Source: Macrostomum lignano (Eukaryota). Taken from it: a stretch of DNA of 64,000 nucleotides. Position 1 is the first letter of the stretch. Each line of letters opens with the position of its first letter. Location: contig NIVC01002206.1 of the NCBI GenBank assembly GCA_002269645.1, positions 62,001-126,000 on the forward strand, in the 5' to 3' direction. The notes under the pieces are model-generated. The model searched no databases, had not been told where the DNA came from, and worked only from the letters and a program-made list of their open reading frames with translations. Of this stretch, positions 30,432 to 45,653 are shown one piece after another. A program made the translations under genes and the position numbers.

Positions 30432-32854
30432 ATGAGCAGCAGCAATAGCCAGGTGTCCGGCCATCAGCACCAGCAGAAGCGCAACAACAGCGGAGGCGCC
30501 AACAACAACAACACGAATAAGCCTACCAACGATCTGGCCCAGATAGAGAAGATCAAGCGCATTGTTCAACGCGAGATTCTCGACAATCGTCGGCACCTGT
30601 TCCCCGAAGGCCGATGGCCATCTGACGGCGTCGCCGAGCCGCTGAAGCACCCAGAGCCGTACACGGCCGCTATGAAGTTCGGCGGCCGAGACCCGAATAG
30701 TAAGAAAAGGCCTGGCCTCACTAAACGGCCGCCGAATATGTGGATGGTAAGTCTTTGGAACTTTTACTTACAATTAGATTAGTTCACGCAAAATTTTTTT
30801 AAATTTGCGCCAGTATTTTTGTTAAAAATGAAACCATTCGTTTTTACCCACTGGCAATGCCGCGATGGTAGATAATTTCTGAAAAAATTAGCTTATGCTC
30901 ACGAAACAGTTTAGCTATCATAGTCCTGATGCTCGTGTTTCATTTCCAAGAAATAACGTAAAAGTATAACAAAAAGACATTTCTTGTTTACGAAAACTAA
31001 AGTCTACACAATGTTGGTGGCTACTGATTATTTGTGGCGATTTGTGGCAGTATCACCTTTTGCAGTTTTATAATGCTCAACATTAATTAGAATTGAATAA
31101 ATAAATCTTATGGTTAACATAAAGTAATTAAAATGCCTTCAAATTTGTTTAAACAAATCAAAGAACGAAGCTTGCGATTACATTTATAAAAAATAAGTAA
31201 TAACAGTCGATAAACAATTAGGTCCATGAGAATATCTAGAATTATACGCTCGTAATTTTCTATTCTTTCTTGTTTTTTTTAATGAAACATTTTATCGATC
31301 TAGTATCATTTAAACAATGTTAACTGTGACCAGTGGAAACAAGTTAAAGTAAAAGTGCAAATGAAAAGGTTCGAGACTTGCCCAGGCAGGCTATCTAAAA
31401 TTCTTTCTATTTAACCATTTCAATGAGAGTCTCGCGCCAGCACAGCGGTCTGCAAAAGACTCCATACACATATTTTATGTTCATATTGCTATACTGCGCA
31501 TCCATCGTGCAATCAGTGAATCACTCTGCTAACAAACTAAGTCACATATATAAATCTTATACTTATATTATTATTACTCGCTATATGGGCCCTATTTTAA
31601 AATCTAGAGCCACTCAACGCTACTTGAAATTCCTCCATACCAGAGCGAGGAGGGAGACACAATACCCCCCTTATCACATTCCCTGTCTGTTCGGTACTTA
31701 CACAGCCTCCCAGCGTGCCATACAGAGGCTGAATTATTGATGAAGAATCTGGGAGACCAGACACAGCTGACAGAATTTCTAATAAAATTATTTATTTATT
31801 TCTTGATTTCTAAGATCGACTAATTCAAAATTGAATAGTTTAAGTTTATTTTAAAGCGGAGTTTTAAAATGTCCATATTTCTACTTTGAGTAGACTACGC
31901 GCATAGTATAAACTTAATTAACAATTCATTAAAAAAATCCGCTTTACTCCGGCAGATATTCCGCATGCACGCGGCCTCAGTTGTTATGGAGGACTTCCCG
32001 GAGGTGAACCAGGCGGCCCTGACCTCAGTGCTGGCGCCGATCTGGCAGAGCGTCATCACCCCGGAGGAGAAGGATCTGGTGCGCGAGGAAAGCGAACGAT
32101 TAAAAGAGTTCCACAAGCTGCAGTTTCCCGAGTGGAAGTACAAGCCGCGACAGAAGAAGCGAGCCAGTCAACAGCAGCAGCAACGCCAGGAAGAGGATCT
32201 GGAAGTCGAGGAACCCGACGAGGCGCCAGTGGCTAAGGTTAGTTGCTAAGGCTTCGACCCTCGCACCAAAGTTCTCCTTGTCCCGTATTAATCAACTACC
32301 TAAGAAGAATACTTGAGAGATAATTTGAGTAAAGATGTACTGTACACCCAAAACTTTGAGTCTGGTTCCGGCTTACTCATTCTGCATGCATGCTTAGGGG
32401 TTTCAGCGCTCAACAGGGCCTTAGCCTAATAGTTACTTTCTTGCAACCCCCTTCACTTTAGCGCGAATGTCACCATGACAACAGCAGCAACAACAATAAC
32501 AACCGGTATGCAGCCCGTCAGCGGCAGTTTAATCATCATCAGCAGCAGCAGCTTCAGCCATATCAGCAGCTTCATCACCCGATGCCACAGTCGGTGTCGC
32601 CGTATCTCAGCGCCGAGTCACCCGACGTTGACAACATTGATGGCCTGCAGCTGCCGCTTAGCGTAGAGACTTCGCCGCAGGCTGCGGCAGCGGCAGCGGC
32701 AGTCTCCATGAGCGCCAATTGCTTGCCGTTTGGCTCGGTGTGGACCACCCCGCAGCAGCAGCAGCGGCAGCAGATTCCAGTGTCACTATCGGAAGCTGCT
32801 TCGTATTCTGCAGCTCCGTCTTCGACTGGTCTGCCAGCTCTGTCTCCGCCGCTA

Positions 32855-32892
<38 letters not shown>

Positions 32893-33220
32893 ACTGCAAC
32901 AGCAGCAACAGCAGCAGCATCAACTAGCTATAAAAGACCCGGCATTGCGCAGCATCCTGGCTTCATCATCGGCGCCTTCCACTGCGCTGTCAACTGCGGC
33001 CGGCGAGCTGCCCTGCCTGCCGGACCTGCTGCCATGCGATTACTTCACCGACTTTGGCACCCTGCCAGATCTGGAGGCCTACCTGTCGCCGGAGGGCTGC
33101 TCGGGCGGCCTGGTGACAGAGCCGGCTCCGCTGTCAAGTCAGCAGCAGGCCTTCGACTTCCCGGATCTCACGGATATTCGGCGATCTGTGAAGCAAGAAT
33201 TTCGCTACGCCGTGATCTAA
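30432..33220 (+). CDS. Divergent Sox-like HMG-box transcription factor, 451 aa, 3 exons: 30432-30746, 31956-32237, 32462-33220
   Basis: Phase-0 GT-AG introns join KRPPNMWM|IFRMHAASVVMEDFPEVNQAALTSVLAPIWQSVITPEEKDLVREESERLKEFHKLQFPEWKYKPRQKKR. This is a complete HMG box ending in the Sox-type P.xKYKPR plus basic tail. The C-terminus has poly-Q/poly-A tracts and an acidic segment. Confidence 0.88.
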
Positions 33221-34217
33221 GAGTGCACACTTCTTGACAGAGACGCAGAGACTCCACAGATCCTGCAGCTAGTCCTAGCAAATTAACAAAACAAAAAGCC
33301 CGTCTCGTTAAACACAAAATCAACGCTTTGGATTTGATGAATGGAATAGTCATAGCAGTCTCTATTTTTCTCCCATCTCCCACGATCCCGCTGGCCTGCA
33401 CAGCATGTACACTTTTCCGGTTTTGCTGTCAGGCGCGGTTTGTTTGTAGCAACGATACTCCCATATAAGCATATTTACGATATATATATGTGTAGCAATG
33501 CTTTGTTATTAGTAATTAATCATCATTGATTCATTAGTTGCATCTGAATGCGTGTCTAATCCTGTTCATAATGCTACGCATTAAATCAACGATTTGCCAG
33601 TCTGTCTGTGTACATTCTCCTAACTTTAACTATCAGTAGCTGTATGCCATCTCTTTCAGTTGGTGTTGAGGTTGGCAATGAAACCAAATAACTGTCCACT
33701 GTCATGCAGTTGTTTATTTTCTAAGCTGTTTATTTTCTAAGCCAATTTTTTTTGAAATTTTATTGGGCATTTATTGAATCTGCATCTTAAGCTCTCCCAA
33801 ACATTTCTGCCGTCATTAATTATTAAAAGGTAAATTTGTTTCTCAAATCAAGCTGCTCAATTTACTAAGTATGTCTCAAATATTGCCAGTCCCAACCATT
33901 TTTTCGAACTTCCGATGGTTCCACGTGTTTGCTGCGATTTTAATCAACTTTTAATTTTTATATTACTCTTGGTGCCCCGAATTTCACTGCCAAACAGCCA
34001 TTGTTTTATATGTGCTGGCGTGTCTTAAGGTTTCCATAGCAATCTGTAGCTTGTCAATATGTGAAATTTGCCTTCAGCCTGCTTATGTACATATTTAATA
34101 TACTGTATGAGGATTTCAATTGAAATTATTGCCTGTCTGTGCAAAATTCAATCAATTAGCCTGGTTTTCCACTTCAATTAATCTGTTATACGACTTCGAT
34201 CCTACAGTGTATTTTTG

Positions 34218-35848
<1,631 letters not shown>

Positions 35849-36009
35849 TATCGGCCCTCGAGGTAAAGAATCTTGCCGACCATAGGCATACTTGATTTGG
35901 TAAGATTAGTTAGCAAGCACTAACTTGCCCAGAGATTGCGCCTGTCTATGGTCCGAACTGCCACACACAGCATTGTAGCGAATTATAATACATGTAGTGC
36001 AAATTAACA

Positions 36010-36047
36010 GACGTCAAATATCCAGCAAGCACAACAGAAGTATAAAA
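36010..36047 (+). promoter_or_regulatory. Candidate core promoter of the 36.1-kb gene
   Basis: TATAAAA at 36041-36047, about 60 bp upstream of ATG 36103, and CRE-like GACGTCA at 36010-36016. This is a motif match only. Confidence 0.25.
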
Positions 36048-36102
36048 AAGCCAGGGCAGACAGACACGCTCAACAATAGGTAACCAGGCTGTTAAACAGG
36101 AC

Positions 36103-38483
36103 ATGACCGAGCCGGGCACAGCTGGCGAGCCCAGCATCACATCGGCGAAGTCATCAGTAGCGGATGCTGATGAGGCATCGCGGCTATCCGCGTCATCTTC
36201 GCCGCCTCCACAGTCGGCGATATCGTCCACGACAGCGGCGACAGACCGTGAGGAGAGCCTCGGTCAGGCTGCAAATCAGCGTCTGCCCCAGCACATTGCG
36301 CACCACGGATTCGATCTGCTGTACATCGGCAAGCTGGACCTGCCGTACCATCCGGTGAGGATGCGGCACCTGCCCTATTCGGGGTTGCGGTATCTGCTGT
36401 ACGGCAAGAACGGCTTCCAGGAGATGACAGTCTGCCAGGATTCTGAGCTGTACAGTCTGCAGGTGGGGATATGCTGACTGTTGTGCGCTTTAGATTCTGA
36501 TGTCAACGTTTGACCTATGACCTATGCAGACTACTTACCGTACTGTGATGTAGTCAGCATCCCCATCTACTCAACAAGCAGTGGGTCATCAGAATTGGGT
36601 CATTTAAAAATGTGTCATTCAGCAGTGGGTCATTCAGCAGTGTGTCATTCAGCAGTGGGTCATTCAGCAGTAGGTCATTCAGCAGTGGGTCATTCAGCAG
36701 TAGGTCATTCAGCAGTGTGTCATTCAGCAGTGTGTCATTCAGCAGTGTGTCATTCAGCAGTGTGTCATTCAGCAGTGTGTCATTCAGCAGTGGGTCATTC
36801 AGCAGTGTGTCATTCAGCAGTGGGTCATTCAGTAGTGGGTCATTCAGCAGTGTGTCATTCAGTAGTGGGTCACTCAGCAGTGGGGTCATTCAGCAGTGGG
36901 TCATTCAGCAGTGGGTCATTCAGCAGTGGGTCATTCAGCAGTGGGTTATTCAGCAGTGGGTCATTCAGCAGTGGGTCACTCAGCAGTAAGTCATTCAGTA
37001 GTGGGTCATTCAGCAGTGGGTCATTCAGCAGTGGGTCATTCAGCAGTGTGTCATTCAGCAGTGGGTCACTCAGCAGTGAGTCATTCAGCAGTGGGTCACT
37101 CAGCAGTGGGTCATTCAGCAGTGGGTCATTCAGCAGTGGGTCATTCAGCAGTCTAATCCCACACACCAGGAGATCTCCTGGGAGACCCTGGGCTGCGACT
37201 GTGTCCAGACCAAGGATTTAAATTTCTACGTGATCGCCCGCTGTCACACGTCGTCTGTCCTGGCTGTCTACGACGAGTTCATGTTCGTCCGCGAGATGGC
37301 CGAAGTCTCCTACCCGCAGGGCTGTCTGTCGTCGGTGACAGCCGACAGAGCCTGCCAGTACCTGTACGGCACCAACCAGGAGATGAACTGCGTGCTGAGG
37401 TTTTCGGTGAGACGCTTTGACCTTCCAGCTGATTCTGATTCATAGGCGACAGCAAGTAAAAGAATGGAAGGATTGAAAGCATGTACACGAATATGCTTCA
37501 TCTGATAGCATGTAAAATCTATCTAAATAATGTAAGATACATCTTAAAGCATTCAGTTTCATCTTAGAGCACATAAACTCCATCTTAGCAGGTAAGCTCC
37601 CACTAAATCATGCAAGATCCGTCTTAGAGCATGTAAGGTCCATCTTACGGCATTTAAGCTCCATCTTACAGCATGTAAGCTCCATCTTACAGCATGTAAG
37701 CTCCATCTTACAGCATGTAAGCTCCATCTTACAGCATGTAAGGTCCATCTTACAGCATGTAAGCTCCATCTTACAGCATGTAAGGTCCATCTTACAGCAT
37801 GTAAGGTCCATCTTACAGCATGTAAGGTCCATCTTACAGCATGTAAGCTCCATCTTACAGCATGTAGGCTCCATCTTACAGCATGTAGGCTCCATCTTAC
37901 AGCATGTAAGCTCCATCTTACAGCATGTAAGCTCCATCTTACAGCATGTAAGCTCCATCTTACAGCATGTAAGCTCCATCTTACAGCATGTAGGCTCCAT
38001 CTTACAGCATCCATCAAATTATAGCATGTAAGCTCAAATTATAGCATGTAAGCTCAAATTATAGCGTGTAAGCTCAAATTATAGCATGTAAGCTCCATCT
38101 TACAGCATGTAAGCTCCATATAAATCATAAAAGTTCCATCTTACAGCATGTAAGCTCCATCTTACAGCATGTAAGCTCCATCTTACAGCATGTAAGCTCC
38201 ATCTTACAGCATGTAAAGCAAGTAACTCCACAGCTGCACTCTGATACTCCCGACCCGCTCACCCGACTCCACGCCCGCCGCTCAGACTCGCGATCCCTTC
38301 CTGGACAATCCTCAACGCTTCGGCGCACTGTGGCGGCCGTTCGACTGCTGTACCAGCCAGGCCTTCAATGACGGCGCGGTGCAGTACCTGTTCGTGTCCA
38401 ACCTCGACGCCGGCATCTGCGTGTTCGAATTGTCCACAATGAAAATCGTGGCCGAATGCGGTCGGTTACCAATTTATAACTGA
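36103..38483 (+). CDS. Uncharacterised protein with NHL/beta-propeller-like motifs. Exons: 36103-36462, 37170 to 37399 or 37406, and 38234 or 38286 to 38460 or 38483. A possible last exon lies near 39055-39110
   Basis: GC3-rich coding-like blocks sit between minisatellite-filled introns. CAG|GTGGGG (36462) joins in frame to CCAG|GAGATC (37170). The third block reads LWRPFDCCTSQAFNDGAVQYLFVSNLDAGICVFEL, resembling an NHL blade. The 3' junctions are ambiguous. Confidence 0.62.
36583..37152. repeat. 15-bp intronic minisatellite (TCATTCAGCAGTGGG)n
   Basis: Direct inspection. Confidence 0.97.
37560..38215. repeat. 21-bp intronic minisatellite (ATCTTACAGCATGTAAGCTCC)n
   Basis: Direct inspection. 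Each unit contains the mini-hairpin TTACA-GCA-TGTAA. Confidence 0.96.
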
Positions 38484-38684
38484 AAAAATGGTTGCTGTGG
38501 GAACCTGTCTTTTATAAAAACAAAAAAACCGGCTTACTTATTAGATTAGCTTCACTGGCGACAGTAGTTTTAGCAAGATGTTTTAGTTGCTATGGTGACA
38601 GTAGCCTCGGTGGAATTTCTAGTTGCCGTGGTGGCCAGTAGCTCCTGTGTGATTTTTAGTTGCTATGGTAACAACAGCTTCAGA

Positions 38685-38965
38685 TTCCAGCATTACACAG
38701 CTTCAGATTCCATAATTACACAGCTTCCGATTCCATAATTACACAGCTTCAGATTCCATAATTACACAGCTTCAGGTTCCATCATTACACAGCTTCAGGT
38801 TCCAGCATTACACAGCTTCAGATTCCATAATTACACAGCTTCAGATTCCATAATTACACAGCTTCAGATTCCATAATTACACAGCTTCAGATTCCATCAT
38901 TACACAGCTTCAGGTTCCAGCATTACACAGCTTCAGATTCCATAATTACACAGCTTCAGATTCCA
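38685..38965. repeat. 23-bp minisatellite (ATTACACAGCTTCAGATTCCATA)n
   Basis: Direct inspection. Confidence 0.95.
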
Positions 38966-39489
38966 GCATCCATCACAATATCCATAGCCAAGTCCAGTTG
39001 GCTACACAGACTCCTCTCTCTACTCCAGTTCATGCAAATTAATCACATTTCAGACCCGCCGTCCTTGACAACCGAGGCTGTTACCCCATGCTCATGCGTA
39101 CATTAAGCTCCACAGCCAAGCATCAGCGAGCACTCAGACTGGTTGCATGCATGCATTAATCTAATATGGATGGCGTTGCGCTTTCGCATAAGCTTTCGCT
39201 GGGCTAATTTATAGCGAAAGATATACGTGAAAGAGTGCACGGCTAATTATAATCGTAGATCCATTATCCCGCACTGCTCTCCCCTATAATGCGGCAGCAG
39301 AAGACTCGCGTACATTTCACGGACTCAAAAAACACTCTGATATACATTATTTAACTTTTCAATATTTGAGTACCTACTCAAAGAAATTAACGATAGTAGT
39401 CTCGAGTTAGAAAATTTTATGATTGGATGAGCCGCAGAGAAATTAGCAGGTAGCTGAAACATCATTAGTGAGTACTCCATTAGGGCCTC

Positions 39490-40640
39490 CACTGCGCTTC
39501 AACCCCAACCCACTTATTTTTATGGTCTCCACTGCCCTTCAACCCCCACCCACTTATTTTTATGGCTTCCAATGCCCCTCAGCCCCCCACCCACTTATTT
39601 TTATGGCTTCCAATGCCCCTCAGCCCCCCACCCACTTATTTTTATGGCTTCCAATGCCCCTCAGCCCCCACCCACTTATTTTTATGGCTTCCAATGCCCC
39701 TCAGCCCCCCACCCACTTATTTTTATGGCTTCCAATGCCCCTCAGCCCCCCACCCACTTATTTTTATGGCTTCCAATGCCCCTCAGCCCCCCACCCACTT
39801 ATTTTTATGGCTTCCAATGCCCCTCAGCCCCCACCCACTTATTTTTATGGCTTCCAATGCCCCTCAGCCCCCCACCCACTTATTTTTATGGCTTCCAATG
39901 CCCCTCAGCCCCCACCCACTTATTTTTATGGCCTCCACTGCCCTCAGCCCCCCACCCACTTATTTTTATGGCTTCCAATGCCCCTCAGCCCCCACCCACT
40001 TATTTTTATGGTCTCCACTGCCCCTCAGCCCCCCACCCACTTATTTTTATGGCTTCCAATGCCCCTCAGCTCCCCACCCACTTATTTTTATGGCTTCCAA
40101 TGCCTCTCAGCTCCCCACCCACTTATTTTTATGGCTTCCAATGCCTCTCAGCTCCCCACCCACTTATTTTTATGGCTTCCAATGCCTCTCAGCTCCCCAC
40201 CCACTTATTTTTATGGCCTCCACTGCCCTTCAACCCCAACCCACTCACTTATTTTAATGGCCTCCACTGCCCTTCAACCCCCACCTACTTATTTTTATGG
40301 CTTCCAATGCCCCTCAGCCCCCACCCACTTACTTTTATGGCCTCCACTGCCCTTCAACCCCCACCCACCCACTTATTTTTATGGCCTCTACTGCCTCTCA
40401 ACCCTGGGGACCCACTTATTTTAATGGCCTTTACTGTCCCTTAACGCCCCCCACCCACAATTATTTCATGGCTTCCAATGCCCCTCAACCCCCACCCACA
40501 TTTTTATGGCCTCCACTACCCCTCCAACCTCCATCCCACTCACATCCCACCCACATACCCGCACCAACTTAGATATTTTTATGGCCTCCACTGCCCCCAA
40601 CCCCCACCAACTTATTTTAATGGCATCCAGTGCAAACCCA
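39490..40640. repeat. 40-41-bp minisatellite (CCACCCACTTATTTTTATGGCTTCCAATGCCCCTCAGCCC)n, decaying rightwards
   Basis: Direct inspection. Confidence 0.96.
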
Positions 40641-41159
40641 CTTCATATGGCCTTTGCTGCCCCTCCACCGCAAGCCTACTTGTTTTTCATGGCCTCTAAT
40701 GCCTCTACCTATCTACCAAATCATCTACCCCCACTCCCAACCCACTCCATAACCTCCGATGTCCCTCTACCCCTCACTCACCCCACTTCTACCCCACAGT
40801 GCCTTAATCCTCAATGTCCTCCGCCCCTACCAATCCTATTGGGCAGTGAGCCAATACCAACCCCTGGCCTATTCCTCCCTTAGAGCCTTCCTCTCCTCCG
40901 AGGTTATTAATATCCCTTTCAGGCGAGACTCTGTACTTGAACATGACCCCTACCCAAGGCCTCAATCGGTCGCATTTTTGTCCCAATTCTGCTAGCGAAA
41001 CTTCCCGCCAGTAATTCTTCTGCATCAGCAGTTGTCAATAATATTTTTAATGAACAGGCCGGGATCGCAACTGACTCAGAGGTGAGTTATGAGACCTTTG
41101 AGCACTATAAATTGCTTTGGTATTCGAAACTCTCAGAACAGTTAAGGGGAATTCTATAC

Positions 41160-41590
41160 ATGGGGTTTGATAGATGGGATTTGATAGACGGCATTTGATG
41201 GATTGGATTCAACAAGAGGGATCTCGTGAATGGGATTCAATAGATGGGATTCAATAGATGGGATTCAATAGATGGGATTCAACAGATGGGATTCAATAGA
41301 TGGGATTCAATAGTTGGGATTCAAAAGATGGGATTCAATAGATGGGATTCAACAAGAGGGATCTCGTGAATGGGATTCAATAGATGGGATTCAATAGATG
41401 GGATTCAATAGATGGGATTCAATAGATTGGATTTGATGGACGGGATTTGATGGATTGAATTCAACAAGAGGGATCTCGTGGATGGGATTTAATAGATGGG
41501 ATTCAATAGATGGGATTCAATAGATGGGATTCAATAGATGGGATTCAATAGATGGGATTCAATAGATGGGATTCAATAGATGGGATTCGA
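41160..41590. repeat. 14-bp minisatellite (GATGGGATTCAATA)n
   Basis: Direct inspection. Confidence 0.94.
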
Positions 41591-42222
41591 TAAATGGGGA
41601 TTAAATTCGCACAGCCTAGATGGGATATTTATGATACATTTCAGCCCAGCAAATACCGTTATGAGGGCAAATAGAAGTCAAGCTAAGATGTAGTGAAAGT
41701 TTCGCCAAAGTAGCAGAATCCAATTTGCAACCTTGCTGATACTTGCTGACTTGCTGTATGCTTTGCCTCAATTCCCAGAGAGGCTCCCCAGTGCAATTCG
41801 GGCCATGGCAAGCCCGGGTCAGGCGGCAGCTGCTGTAGCCTTCAGTTCTTTTTGTATCTGAAAAATTTCACAGTTTTTCTCTCTCGCCTATTTGACCTTC
41901 GTTCGACTTCTATCTTCGCCGTTTCGCCAGCTGTGTATTCTGTGTATTAGAAGCTGAAAATCCTTTTAGAGCTTTTGGGGTCCCTTGAAGGCTGATATTT
42001 TATGCCAACAGCTTTCTGGCTTGTGTTGCTAATGGGGACGTGGGTGGACATATTGAGTGTGCACTTTTAGCACTACATGTGGGCAAAATTGACCTTTAAC
42101 TTCTTTTCTACTGTCCAAGGGTGCTGCTTAACATCTGTTCAAAATTTCATGTCAACAGGAACTTTTTGAAAACTCACAAGCTCTTGTCTACATAAAGAAT
42201 CTAATTATAATCAACTCGAGGG

Positions 42223-42882
<660 letters not shown>

Positions 42883-42979
42883 CTAATAAAATGGCATCTG
42901 GGATCTTAATAGAAGCCATAATATAGACACTTTATAACAAATGTAATTCTACACTTTGTGCCACCGTCAAAAGTTCAAG

Positions 42980-43160
42980 GGTAGAGTAGAGTCTGAGAAA
43001 GGTAGAGTAGAGTGCGGTGAAGCTAAAATAGAGTCTGGGGAAGGTAGAGTAGAGTGTGGGGAAGGTAGAGTAGACTCTGGGGAAGGTAGAGTAGAGTGTG
43101 GAGAAAGTAGAGTAGAGTCTGGAGAAGGTAGAGTAGAGTGTGGAGAAGGTAGAGTAGAGC
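42980..43160. repeat. 21-bp minisatellite (GGGGAAGGTAGAGTAGAGTCT)n
   Basis: Direct inspection. Confidence 0.9.
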
Positions 43161-43751
43161 TCAGAGAGATACAAAGCAGATAAGAGCACGTCCTTGACCA
43201 TTCGGCAAAAGTACCGATTTGATTTATATTCCGTGGGTCTCTCCTAGGCAGTTAAGGCGAGTCAGTCAGATTTTTATCTCGAGACCAGGAAGGGCAGAAG
43301 GATAGAGACATGAGGGGGAGTAGAAGCGAGGGAACAAATATTCCAACCCTTCGCGCGCGGATCAACAAATCAATCATTCAATCAGGAGAAGGGCCGAACA
43401 GAAAGCCCAATTTCTTGCGGCGACTTTCCGACTGCAGGCGGCCACCGCTGCTCTCCATCCTCTCTGAGCTGCCCGCCCCGATCGCTGACTGCCAGCTGCT
43501 GATTGAGCCGCTTCGGCAGGAACCGAAAAAATCAGATGTGTTTGCGTGAGCCGAGGTCGAAGCAGTTGCTGTCTGCTGCCCCCATGGGCTGGAAATGAAG
43601 TGCAGCGATTATATATATTGGTATATATACTGGTGGGACAGGCGCCCGTGCCGGCCAGGAAATATGGGGTGCGACTGTTGTTGGATGCACTCTAAACTTT
43701 GGACTGTGCGGCTTTGCACGTCCGGACTCCGAACTGATGAGATAAAAGTAG

Positions 43752-44231
<480 letters not shown>

Positions 44232-44904
44232 TTGTCTGCAGGGCCTTGTTCTATTACTGGGATGAGGCCTGTTCCGTCCCGGATGTTAGGAGGGCTGGTG
44301 AAGACTTGCTGGCTTTGAAACGGAAGGAAGTAGTATAGCTATTATTTTTAGTCTAGAATCCGTTATTATCATAATGGCAAATGGGAAGTACATGGCAAAA
44401 TAATTTTGTCTCACCGAAAGTAGGAGCAGAACATAACCATAAATTCTTTTAAAACTTTTCTGCTAACATAGTTGAGATGAAATTGCGCTATTGTGCAGCA
44501 ATTATAACACATGGAAATAGTTGAGGTGAACTAAGGCTTAAACAGAGATTTAGTGCCTGCATGATCAGCTGACACCTGCAGCCAGACCAGGTAGTGTCAC
44601 GTGACACGATAATTTCGATCAGCTAAAAGCAGCGCCCAAGAAAAGTTTGCTGATCGTCACAAATTTGGGGTTGCAGGATGGAGATAAGGATATGCTAGTT
44701 GGAGTTGTCACGACTGGATGTGCCTCGTTCTCTGTTTTGGAAAGAAATGCTATATTTGATTAGTCACTAATTAACCAAAAAGTTTTTTTGGCGTAGAAGT
44801 TACAGATACTCAAATTTCGTTGTTTGCTTGATTTTGCAAAGATAATTTTTTTAACAAGCACCAAAATTGGTTTCATTGGACGTCACTCAATAAGAGCTTA
44901 TATT

Positions 44905-45215
44905 GGCGATTAAAATGGGCTTATATACTACAAAACAGGATTATGTACACGCTAAATTGGGCTTATAGACTACAAAATAGGATTATGTACACGCTAAATT
45001 GGGCTTATATACTACAAAACAGGATTATGTACACGCTAAATTGGGCTTATATACTACAAAACAGGATTATGTACACGCTAAATTGGGCTTATATACTACA
45101 AAATAGGATTATGTACACGCTAAATTGGGCTTATATACTACAGAATAGGATTATTTACACGTTAAATTGGGCTTATATACTACAGAATAGGATTATTTAC
45201 ACACTAAACTGGGCT
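44905..45215. repeat. 42-bp tandem repeat (TAAATTGGGCTTATATACTACAAAATAGGATTATGTACACGC)n, about 7 units
   Basis: Direct inspection. Confidence 0.96.
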
Positions 45216-45653
45216 TACCATACCTCGTATAGCAGCAGAATGGGAGCCGTAACAGTCTAGACAATGCATGAATAAGGGTATTATAACTTCTAGTCGGCCC
45301 TTTGATGTTTCAAGCCTCAAAGTAGTTCGTGTTCGTCGTGCTGAACAACAAAAATATTGAATTTTCAGCTCCTTCCAAATATCGAATATTCAAGAAAGAA
45401 TCCTGCAACTCAGCGACTTTGCTAACCGTCTTTAAAATGCCTTACATGTAGGCGATAGCAGCTGCACGATACAGCGATATGTTTCGAGTGTGAAAAGGAC
45501 ACGAATTTTAGACGTTTGGAAAAGTTGGACTAGTACACTCGCTCCCTTGAGGGGTCTGAATAAAGACTGACAGATAAAATTTCAGTATTTAAACACTGGT
45601 AAACAATGAAAATGCAGAAGTGACTTTCCACTCAGACACACTAAGACAGACAC

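Noticed and set aside
30700-32170. Horizontal transfer of a fungal MATA-HMG gene
   Set aside because: Only the RPPN..IFR stretch is fungal-like. The rest of the box is Sox-like, and the poly-Q style and introns match the host genes. A phylogeny would be needed to revive the idea.
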